Shown: positions 16,156-22,955 of the stretch, piece by piece
Position numbering within the stretch: position 1 is the first letter of the stretch
Layout of the letters: each line of letters starts with the position of its first letter
Source: Candidatus Yonathbacteria bacterium RIFOXYD1_FULL_52_36
GTDB lineage: Bacteria; Patescibacteriota; Minisyncoccia; Phycocordibacterales; UBA1539_B
NCBI GenBank assembly: GCA_001823605.1
Contig: MHUZ01000021.1
Span: 1-27,907, forward strand
Reading direction: 5' to 3'
DNA: 27,907 bases
Notes under the pieces: model-generated
What the model was told of the DNA's origin: nothing
The model's input: only the letters and a program-made list of their open reading frames with translations
Databases searched by the model: none
Program-made: the position numbers and the translations under genes

Positions 16156-16704
16156 TTATCCGGTGTTCTTCTTCATAACAATACCATAATGGTGCGCACC
16201 GGCATCAAAGAGCGGTTTTTCATATCGAAACCGCTCGCCTTCAAAAATACGCCGTGCCTCATCGGCACGCACGAGCTGTCGTACGGTTGGTCCTGCGCCG
16301 CCAAACGAGCCTGACCAGTCGATCACGATCGCTTTACCGCCATTCTTGAGTACGCGCCACGCTTCCCGTGCAATACCGGCTCGATCCGGTGCCTGGAACA
16401 ATACGTTGGCAACTAGCACGAGATCGACGGACGCATTACGAAGCTTGGTTCCTCCTTCGCGTTCGATATCACCCCACACCACTTCCACATTCCCCTTGCG
16501 CGACTCGCGCGCTTTGAGGCTCAGTGTAGCAACAAGATCTTTTTGTACTTCAACCGCATAGACCTTGCCTGTGTCTCCCGCGGCTTCCGCAAGTGCCAGC
16601 GTGTACATTCCCGAGCCGGCACCAAAGTCCGCGACCTGCATTCCCTCCGTCACGGAAGCCTCCTTAACTACTTTTTTGGGATCAGAAAATTCACTCATTA
16701 TCAT
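16156..16704 (-). CDS. Class I SAM-dependent methyltransferase, small and soluble
   Basis: Motif I VADFGAGSGMYT. An acidic post-I residue (AVEV). Motifs II/III are VDLVLVANVLFQ ... LKNGGKAIVID. The first ATG at 16704 is embedded in the -10 element. A second ATG at 16698 is the probable leaderless start. Confidence 0.78.
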   Translation of the reverse strand: MIMSEFSDPKKVVKEASVTEGMQVADFGAGSGMYTLALAEAAGDTGKVYAVEVQKDLVATLSLKARESRKGNVEVVWGDIEREGGTKLRNASVDLVLVANVLFQAPDRAGIAREAWRVLKNGGKAIVIDWSGSFGGAGPTVRQLVRADEARRIFEGERFRYEKPLFDAGAHHYGIVMKKNTG

Positions 16705-16745
16705 TATAGTATACCCCGCGTTCGCACAATGTACGAACGCGGGGT
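16698..16745 (-). promoter_or_regulatory. Promoter of the MTase-SBP-pilin-like operon, overlapped by a 31-nt near-perfect palindrome (candidate operator)
   Basis: Minus-strand reading is ...ACATTGTGCGAACGCGGGGTATACTATAATGATAATG. The -10 element is TATACT/TATAAT and abuts the start codons. The palindrome CCCCGCGTTCGCACAATGTACGAACGCGGGG (16714-16744) covers the -35 region. Confidence 0.5.
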
Positions 16746-16746
16746 T

Positions 16747-16771
16747 GGGGAAAACACCCTTAAAAAGGGTG
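16747..16771 (-). terminator. Intrinsic terminator of gyrA
   Basis: Minus-strand reading is CACCCTT-TTT-AAGGGTG followed by TTTTCCCC. It lies 60 nt downstream of the gyrA stop. Confidence 0.7.
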
Positions 16772-16830
16772 CGCTCAAAGCGCGGCGAACGCCCAGAACT
16801 GGATGAGAAGCGCGGGATTTCACGCGTCGC

Positions 16831-19299
16831 TTAGAGGCACACCAGCGAGGCAATCGAATCCCCCTCGCGCAATTTCATAATCCGCACGCCCTGCGTCTGT
16901 CGGCCAAGTGCGGGGATGCTCTTAGTTTCTACGCGGATGACTTGGCTCTTCTTTGATATTGAAACAACTTCTTCGTCGAGAGACGTGATCACCTTCGCCG
17001 CCATGAGCGCGCCGGTCTTTGCGGTTACCTTAAACGTCTTGATGCCCGAACCGCCGCGACCCTGAATCTTGTACTCTTTCATCGGGGTCTTCTTGCCGTA
17101 GCCATTCTCGCTCATCACTAAAAGTTCCGGATTCTCCGCGGCAGCCGAAACCACATCCGCGCCGATCAGACTGTCGCCTTTGCCGATCTTGAGAGCGCGC
17201 ACACCGCCCGCCGCACGCCCCATCTCGCGCACATCGGATTCTTTAAATCGAATTGATTGCCCCTTTGCCGTAGCAAGCACCACACTGTCTCCCTTACCAC
17301 AGAGACGCGCCGAAAGCAGTTCATCACCCGGAGCAAGCTTGATTGCCATGAGACCGCTCCTGCGTACATCCGCAAAACCCTGCGCAGAAACTTTCTTCAC
17401 CACACCCTGTTTTGTGACCATCATGAGTGATGCCTGTGCTTGCACACCCTTTACCGCCTTAGGTACTGAAAGGATCGAGGTGACATTCTCATCCGCAGAA
17501 AGCGAGAGGAAGTTCATCACCGACTTGCCGCGCGTTGCACGCTTCCCTTCAGGGATATCGTACATTTTGATCTGATATGCCTTGCCTTTATCGCTAAAGA
17601 AGAGCAGGTCGCTGTGCGTGGACGCAGAAAGGAATATTGTAATAAAATCTTCTTCTTTGGTATTGAGGTCCATCACGCCCACCCCGCCGCGATTTTGTTT
17701 GCGGTACTCGCTCGGGTTTGTGCGCTTCACATATCCTCCGCTCGTGAACACCAAGATCGATTCTTCGTCGGGGATCGTGTCCTCAAGAGAGATCGCCTTA
17801 GCGCCACCCTTCACGATGCGCGTGCGGCGATCGTTGCCATATTTCTCCTTCGCCTCGAGAAGTTCTGTCTTCACCACACCCAAGATCTTTTTCTCGCTTG
17901 CGAGAAGTTCCTTCAACTCTTTGATGAGCTTGCGCTTCTCTTCGAGTTCGGTCTCCACCTGCTTACGCTCAAGACCGGCAAGTTTCTGGAGGCGCATTTC
18001 CAAGATAGCCGTCGCTTGGCGATCGGAGAACTTGAACTCTTTCATCAAATTGAGGTGCGCAGTCGGCGTGTCTTTTGACGCCTTGATCACCTTAATGATC
18101 TGGTCAATATGATCGAGGGCTTTCTTCAACCCTTCCAAAATGTGTGCGCGCTCCTCTGCGCGCGTAAGGTCATACTGCGTACGGCGACGCACGACGATCT
18201 GGCGGTGCGCCAAAAATTCTACAAGGATCTGCTTGAGCGAGAGCGTCTGAGGAACACCATCCACCAATGCGAGCATGTTGTAGTGGAACATCGTCTCAAG
18301 CGTGGTGTGCTTGTAGAGGTAGTTCAGCACGTTCTGCGGATGGGCACCTGATTTAAGGTCGATCACTACACGGATCTCTTTTGTTGATTCATCGCGAAGT
18401 CCTTTGATGCCCTCGATCTTCTTCTCGCGCACCAGCTCAGCGATCTGCATGATGAGGTCGGACTTGTTTACGCGGAATGGGATCGAGGTGATGAGGATCT
18501 GACTGCCGTTCTTGCCATCCACGATATCCACCTCGCCGCGCGTCACCACACCACCGCGTCCGGATGAATATGCGTGATGAATGTCTTTCTCGTTAAACAC
18601 CAAACCGCCGGTCGGAAAATCGGGACCCTTCACGAACTTCAACAGATCTTCGTTCGTGGCATCTTTGTCGTCAGCTAGATAAGAACAGGCATCGACAAGC
18701 TCGCCCAAGTTGTGGGGAGGAATGTTCGTTGCCATACCGACGGCGATACCCAGCGTTCCGTTCAAAAGAAGGTTGGGCACCCCTGCCGGAAGCACGATCG
18801 GTTCCTTGCGGGTGTTGTCGTAGTTGCCACGGAAGTCAACTGTTTCTTTATCAAGATCACGGAGCAGTTCGCTGGCGATGCGGGACATCTTTGCCTCGGT
18901 GTAACGCATGGCTGCCGGAGGGTCGCCGTCGATCGAACCGAAGTTACCCTGACCGAAGACGAGCGGGTAGCGTGTCACGAAATCTTGACCGAGCTTCACC
19001 ATTGCGTCGTACACAGACGAGTCGCCGTGCGGGTGGTATTTTCCGAGCACGTCTCCAACTACTGCCGCCGACTTGCGGAATTTTGCGGTGTGCGCGAGTC
19101 CCATCTCCCCCATCGCGAAAAGAATGCGGCGGTGCACCGGCTTGAGCCCATCGCGCACGTCAGGCAACGCACGACTCGCAATGACGGACATTGCGTAGTC
19201 GAGATACGATTCTTTCATCTCCGCGCTGATCTCAACAGAGATGACGCCCTCGTGAGGCGCCTTTGGTTCTTCGTGCTGTTCCTGCTCCCGTTTCTTCAT
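16831..19299 (-). CDS. gyrA: DNA gyrase subunit A
   Basis: Motifs [17 protein letters not shown] and the [23 protein letters not shown] (Ser/Asp are the wild-type positions). C-terminal beta-pinwheel repeats are present. The protein is 822 aa. The SD AAGAGGAA sits 6 nt upstream. Confidence 0.95.
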   Translation of the reverse strand: MKKREQEQHEEPKAPHEGVISVEISAEMKESYLDYAMSVIASRALPDVRDGLKPVHRRILFAMGEMGLAHTAKFRKSAAVVGDVLGKYHPHGDSSVYDAMVKLGQDFVTRYPLVFGQGNFGSIDGDPPAAMRYTEAKMSRIASELLRDLDKETVDFRGNYDNTRKEPIVLPAGVPNLLLNGTLGIAVGMATNIPPHNLGELVDACSYLADDKDATNEDLLKFVKGPDFPTGGLVFNEKDIHHAYSSGRGGVVTRGEVDIVDGKNGSQILITSIPFRVNKSDLIMQIAELVREKKIEGIKGLRDESTKEIRVVIDLKSGAHPQNVLNYLYKHTTLETMFHYNMLALVDGVPQTLSLKQILVEFLAHRQIVVRRRTQYDLTRAEERAHILEGLKKALDHIDQIIKVIKASKDTPTAHLNLMKEFKFSDRQATAILEMRLQKLAGLERKQVETELEEKRKLIKELKELLASEKKILGVVKTELLEAKEKYGNDRRTRIVKGGAKAISLEDTIPDEESILVFTSGGYVKRTNPSEYRKQNRGGVGVMDLNTKEEDFITIFLSASTHSDLLFFSDKGKAYQIKMYDIPEGKRATRGKSVMNFLSLSADENVTSILSVPKAVKGVQAQASLMMVTKQGVVKKVSAQGFADVRRSGLMAIKLAPGDELLSARLCGKGDSVVLATAKGQSIRFKESDVREMGRAAGGVRALKIGKGDSLIGADVVSAAAENPELLVMSENGYGKKTPMKEYKIQGRGGSGIKTFKVTAKTGALMAAKVITSLDEEVVSISKKSQVIRVETKSIPALGRQTQGVRIMKLREGDSIASLVCL

Positions 19300-19336
19300 A
19301 ATGTTCCTCTTAGTATATCACACAACGCCGCTTCAG

Positions 19337-19705
19337 TTAAGGGGCTGGTGGTGGTAAAACGTCTTCTTCTGCCGACACTTCCGGTACCAATTCCTCGGTT
19401 GTTGTGGCGGAAGATCCCTCGATCAGAGCTTCTTCTTGGACAACCACCGGAGCATAGTTCTCTGGGGCTTCTGTCTTCTTTTCAAATGGTGCGCCGGTTC
19501 CGCTCATGCTTGCACGAAGGACCCCGCCAAGCGCCTCAAATGGTGAGGGGGCGTTTTGCGCCGTATCTTCACTCTCTTTACCGGCGACCTGCATGAGCAT
19601 TACCCATAGAAAAATAACGAGGCCGAACAAGATTATCGTCAACGCGAGCGCGATCTGTTTGCGCTCATGTTCCGGTTTCTTTTGGAGACGCTCAATGAGA
19701 TCCAT
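19337..19705 (-). CDS. Small membrane protein with an acidic, Pro-rich extracytoplasmic tail
   Basis: A single TM helix IALALTIILFGLVIFLWVMLM follows a basic N terminus. The tail is low complexity and ends in PPPAP. It lies 18 nt downstream of the MBL gene and 37 nt upstream of gyrA. Confidence 0.5.
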   Translation of the reverse strand: MDLIERLQKKPEHERKQIALALTIILFGLVIFLWVMLMQVAGKESEDTAQNAPSPFEALGGVLRASMSGTGAPFEKKTEAPENYAPVVVQEEALIEGSSATTTEELVPEVSAEEDVLPPPAP

Positions 19706-19723
19706 AGCGGATTGCGGTGCGGG

Positions 19724-20353
19724 TTACGCCGTGAGTACAATGACTTTCCCTTCTTTTCCTTCGAGATCCTTGCGCTTGATTGTGAGTTTTTCGAGTACCT
19801 CTGCTTTTTCCCCTGCCTCTTTCTCAAGCGCCGTAAGTGCGGTGTCCCCCACGCCATCATAATGGATCGGGATCAAAATATTTGCTTCGAGTGCGACCGC
19901 GATCTTGTGCGCGTCGCCTGCCGAGAGCACCTCGCCTCCCTCGATCGGTGCGAAGAGGATGTCGACACTCCCCAACATTTCTTTGATCTCGCCCGTAAGC
20001 GCTTCTGCATTCGGCAGTGCGCCCAAGAACCCGATACGGATGTCGTCGAATGTAAGCGCGTAGACCGTATTGGCGCGCAGTTTTTTGTGGTAGGTCGTCT
20101 GTGTATAGGCGCCCTTGATGAAGATTCCCTTCACTTCGTACTCGCCTGGACCCGAAACCACGAATGGCGTCTTATCTCCGTACGTCACCTGTTCGATGCC
20201 GTTGAAATCCGCATCATCGAGCGTAACGAACGCAATATCCGCACCGAAGCGCGACTGCTTCCAGACCGACTCCTTGCCGATGGGGTTAAAAGCGAGCACC
20301 ATATCGCCCACCTGCGCCTTGATGAATTCTCCTCCGTGATAGGTGATAACCAT
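19724..20353 (-). CDS. MBL-fold metal-dependent hydrolase (UPF0173/UlaG-like beta-lactamase superfamily)
   Basis: The N terminus is MVITYHGGEFIKAQ. Metal-ligand regions are HYDGVGD and DILFAPIEGG. The protein is about 210 aa. The start was taken at ATG 20351-20353. The track starts at an upstream GTG. Confidence 0.7.
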   Translation of the reverse strand: MVITYHGGEFIKAQVGDMVLAFNPIGKESVWKQSRFGADIAFVTLDDADFNGIEQVTYGDKTPFVVSGPGEYEVKGIFIKGAYTQTTYHKKLRANTVYALTFDDIRIGFLGALPNAEALTGEIKEMLGSVDILFAPIEGGEVLSAGDAHKIAVALEANILIPIHYDGVGDTALTALEKEAGEKAEVLEKLTIKRKDLEGKEGKVIVLTA

Positions 20354-20417
20354 AGTGGGCACATTCTATCAGGTTTTTCAAAGAACAAAAACTGTTGGGG
20401 GTTGTCCACAGCGGAAC

Positions 20418-20447
20418 TTGTATTTTTGTTTGAGTATTGCATAATAT
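20418..20447 (+). promoter_or_regulatory. Sigma70-like promoter driving the small-ORF locus
   Basis: TTGTAT, an 18-nt spacer and TAATAT. It lies 48 nt upstream of ATG 20495, which has a GGGGGTG SD. Confidence 0.45.
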
Positions 20448-20494
20448 ATCTCGGTTGTTTAAGATCTTTCCATTAAACAAGACGGGGGTGTTGC

Positions 20495-20665
20495 ATGAGT
20501 GAAACACAAGGAAACACGCAAGATACCACTGAGGATGGCTCGTGGTCCGATGACATGAATCTCGGTGCCGCACCACCTGACCAGCCGAATGGTCACCATC
20601 GCGGCCGCCGCACAGACCTCGACCTCAAAAATCAGGCCGTGGAAGCCCTCGACACCTATGGCTGA
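20495..20665 (+). CDS. Candidate small acidic protein of 56 aa (MSETQGNTQDTTEDGSWSDDMNLGAAPPDQPNGHHRGRRTDLDLKNQAVEALDTYG)
   Basis: ATG is preceded by GACGGGGGTG, an SD 6 nt upstream, with a promoter upstream. Codon usage looks host-like (CGC/GGC/GAC). It falls below the 60-aa cutoff of the ORF track. Confidence 0.35.
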   Translation: MSETQGNTQDTTEDGSWSDDMNLGAAPPDQPNGHHRGRRTDLDLKNQAVEALDTYG

Positions 20666-20734
20666 TGTGGTATGGTTGTTTCGGAGCAGTTGGTCACCGG
20701 CCCAATAGTCCGGCATTGCCAGAGGAGCAATCCT

Positions 20735-20854
20735 ATGCACGCCAGCAACACCGGTCCCCCGGGAAAAACCTCGGAGGACATCACGCTGAAGATTGTCACG
20801 CGCGACGAGAAGTCCATCGTGACCAGCACAATCGGCGCCGGCTCGGGCGACTAG
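20735..20854 (+). CDS. Candidate small protein of 39 aa (MHASNTGPPGKTSEDITLKIVTRDEKSIVTSTIGAGSGD)
   Basis: An AGAGGAG SD sits 7 nt upstream of the ATG. The ORF is followed 50 nt later by terminator T1. Confidence 0.3.
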   Translation: MHASNTGPPGKTSEDITLKIVTRDEKSIVTSTIGAGSGD

Positions 20855-20905
20855 CCCTAGGCCTGAACGAATCCAGCATCGACCCCGATGACTGGAAACC
20901 CAACA

Positions 20906-20938
20906 ACGCCCCGACACACGTCGGGGCGTCTTACTTTG
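20906..20938 (+). terminator. Intrinsic terminator T1 (copy 1 of a repeated hairpin)
   Basis: ACGCCCCGAC-ACAC-GTCGGGGCGT followed by CTTACTTTG. Confidence 0.7.
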
Positions 20939-20950
20939 TCCGCCGAGCAC

Positions 20951-20979
20951 TTGACATATCCTACATATCTGCTATACTA
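20951..20979 (+). promoter_or_regulatory. Near-consensus sigma70 promoter
   Basis: TTGACA, a 17-nt spacer (TATCCTACATATCTGC) and TATACT. A 33-codon ORF with a GGAG SD follows 39 nt downstream. Confidence 0.6.
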
Positions 20980-21017
20980 CTACTTGGATCAATTCGATCC
21001 TCACTGGAGAAATACCA

Positions 21018-21119
21018 ATGAAGACGCCCAGCACCTTCTTGAGTAGCCATATGATCAACATCACGGCCGACACCGGCGGCAGCGGTCATCCCGCCATTGG
21101 TCTGAACTACATCGCCTGA
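21018..21119 (+). CDS. Candidate small peptide of 33 aa (MKTPSTFLSSHMINITADTGGSGHPAIGLNYIA)
   Basis: A near-consensus promoter is upstream. A GGAG SD sits 9 nt upstream of the ATG. Terminator T2 lies about 85 nt downstream. Confidence 0.3.
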   Translation: MKTPSTFLSSHMINITADTGGSGHPAIGLNYIA

Positions 21120-21202
21120 ACCACGGCCGGCGCCGACGGGAACACATAAGTGTTCGCCCGCTTCGCCAGTGACATCCTTACCGGATGTCACGCAGCACCC
21201 GA

Positions 21203-21235
21203 CCACCCCCTGCCACTAAGGGGGTGGTTTTTTCT
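21203..21235 (+). terminator. Intrinsic terminator T2
   Basis: CCACCCCC-TGCCACTAA-GGGGGTGG followed by TTTTTTCTT. Confidence 0.75.
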
Positions 21236-21475
21236 TGCGCAAAAAGTTTTCCACAGACACGTGCCATTACCATCACTCCAAGCAAGCGCATGTGATATGC
21301 TTAAAGAGGAGTAGTTTGCGCTAGTCCTTTGGCTAGAGTCCGCGACAAAGGAGCTTTCCCATGAAAAGCCCTCCGCTGTTTAGCACTGCCTCACCCGCGT
21401 GCACCTTCCCGCACTAGGGCGACTGCCATGGCCCTTACAAAGAACCCTGGCTGCTTTTGCCAGCATCTACAACCA

Positions 21476-21506
21476 ACGCCCCGACATACGTCGGGGCGTT
21501 TTCTTG
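21476..21506 (+). terminator. Intrinsic terminator T3 (copy 2 of the repeated hairpin)
   Basis: ACGCCCCGAC-ATAC-GTCGGGGCGT followed by TTTCTTG. It matches T1 apart from one loop base, and both have CAACGCC immediately upstream. It is preceded by an 18-codon ORF (21361-21417) with a perfect AAAGGAG SD. Confidence 0.7.
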
Positions 21507-21680
21507 CCCGAAGACCCCCACCATGCTATAGTTTCCCCACCAAGCCGGCATGTTCGACTCGGTATTAATTGATAACCTTTAAGGGTAACCCCATTAAAGT
21601 GATTGCGCCGTTTAGATGCGCATGAACTTATGGAACCTTAAGGCGGAATGCCCCCGCCCTAGGCGGGCTTTTTTATTTTC
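21503..21680 (+). promoter_or_regulatory. rpsA leader: candidate promoter, two CCTT(T)AAGG palindromic boxes, and a terminator-like hairpin with a U-tract ending 1 nt before the start codon
   Basis: CTTGCC, an 18-nt spacer and TATAGT at 21503-21531. ACCTTTAAGG is at 21575-21584 and ACCTTAAGG at 21624-21632. The hairpin is CCCGC-CCTAG-GCGGG (21653-21667), followed by CTTTTTTATTTTC and then ATG 21681. Confidence 0.45.
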
Positions 21681-22796
21681 ATGACCAAACAAGAAACCAC
21701 AGAAGAAGTTGTCGTCGAAACGCTCATGCACGAGCTTTTGAAGCGCGTCCCCACTCCTCCCAAGCTTGGTGACCTCATTGAAGGCCCGGTCATATCAATC
21801 GACAAAGCGGCAGTCTACATTAACCTGAAGCCCTTCGGAACCGGCATCATTTTCGGCCGCGAGTACCTTCAGGCGCGCGATGTTTTGAAAAAGATCGCCA
21901 TCGGCGATACGATCAGCGCCCAGGTTGTGGACGCACACAACGAAGACGGCTACGTTGAGCTCTCGCTCCACGAGGCACGCCAGGCACTCATCTGGACCGA
22001 GGCAGAAGATGCGATCAAAAAGAAACTTGTCGTCGAGCTCCCGATCAAGGACGCCAACAAGGGTGGACTTATCCTCGAGTGGCAGGGCATCGCAGGATTC
22101 CTCCCGGCTTCACAACTCAAGCCCGAGCACTACCCGCGCGTTGAGGACGGCAGTAAGGATCGTATTTTGGAAGAGCTGAAGAAACTCATCGGCGAAAAAC
22201 TTACCGTCACCATCATCGGTGCTGACCAGAAAGAAGGAAAGCTTATTTTTTCCGAGAAAGATTCAGGACAGAAAGAGAAGCGCGAGATGGTTGAGAAGTA
22301 CGCCGTAGGCGACGAGCGCGACGGCACCGTGACCGGCATCGTTGACTTTGGCGTCTTCGTCAAGATCGAAGAAGGACTCGAGGGACTCGTCCACATCTCC
22401 GAGATGGACTGGGCACTCGTCGAGAATCCGCGCACACTCTACAAAGTAGGCGACAAAGTTCGCGTAAAGGTCATTGATGTAAAGGACGGCAAAGTGTCGC
22501 TCTCGATCAAGGCTCTCAAGGACAATCCGTGGACCGAAGCAAGCAAGAAATGGAAGAAGGGTGATGCAGTGACCGGCGTGGTAATCAAATTCAACCAGTA
22601 CGGCGCACTCGTTTCGATCGAGGAAGGCGTTGCAGGATTGGTTCATTTCTCCGAATTCGGAACGATGGACAAACTCCGCGCAGCACTCGAACTCGGCAAG
22701 ACCTACAGCTTCAAGATCACGCTCTTCGAGCCCAAGGATCAGAAGATGACACTCTCGTTTTCTCAGGCAAACACCGAAGGAGAAGAGGCGAAGTAG
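21681..22796 (+). CDS. rpsA: 30S ribosomal protein S1, four-S1-domain form
   Basis: Repeated S1 OB-fold motifs: G.V.G.V......FGVFV......GLVHISE. The protein is 371 aa. Confidence 0.9.
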   Translation: MTKQETTEEVVVETLMHELLKRVPTPPKLGDLIEGPVISIDKAAVYINLKPFGTGIIFGREYLQARDVLKKIAIGDTISAQVVDAHNEDGYVELSLHEARQALIWTEAEDAIKKKLVVELPIKDANKGGLILEWQGIAGFLPASQLKPEHYPRVEDGSKDRILEELKKLIGEKLTVTIIGADQKEGKLIFSEKDSGQKEKREMVEKYAVGDERDGTVTGIVDFGVFVKIEEGLEGLVHISEMDWALVENPRTLYKVGDKVRVKVIDVKDGKVSLSIKALKDNPWTEASKKWKKGDAVTGVVIKFNQYGALVSIEEGVAGLVHFSEFGTMDKLRAALELGKTYSFKITLFEPKDQKMTLSFSQANTEGEEAK

Positions 22797-22810
22797 GACC
22801 TATCGACAAA

Positions 22811-22947
22811 GACACACAAAAAAACCCGCGCGCCGGGCCACAATATTTTTCTGCTGAAAAATTTGCAGCCCCCACCTCGCGCCACCGCGCTCCGGTTCTG
22901 AACGCTCCGCGCACTCGCGTTCAGCGGCGCGCGGGTTTTTGTGTGTC
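22811..22947. repeat. Long composite palindrome and bidirectional terminator between the convergent rpsA and GH genes
   Basis: Outer arms are GACACACAAAAAAACCCGCGCGCCG (22811-22835) and CGGCGCGCGGGTTTTTGTGTGTC (22925-22947). Inner hairpins are CTGAACGC...GCGTTCAG (22898-22924) and ATTTTTC-TGCT-GAAAAAT (22845-22862). Confidence 0.7.
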
Positions 22948-22955
22948 TGCCCCTA

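Noticed and set aside
18712-19596. 294-aa plus-strand ORF and neighbours antisense to gyrA
   Set aside because: R/H/C-rich nonsense composition. It lies entirely within the high-confidence gyrA frame on the opposite strand.
21018-21119. Double-glycine bacteriocin leader interpretation of the 33-aa peptide (..TADTGG|SGHPAIGLNYIA)
   Set aside because: No ELS/ELxxIxGG leader consensus is present. No adjacent C39-peptidase ABC transporter lies in the window. The GG is probably coincidental.
20459-21206. Minus-strand ORFs of 163 and 81 aa in the 20.4-21.7 kb region
   Set aside because: R/G/W-rich with no hydrophobic core pattern. They run antisense to promoters and terminators that are clearly oriented on the plus strand.
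20363-21680. A housekeeping structured RNA (tmRNA, RNase P RNA, SRP RNA or 6S RNA) in the large intergenic region
   Set aside because: I looked for the tRNA-like 3' end and ...GCTGCTTAA tag end of tmRNA, the RNase P AGGAAAGUCCGGGCUCC core, and the SRP GGAAGCAGCCAAGG helix. None was found. This is only a by-eye scan and a covariance-model search is still needed.
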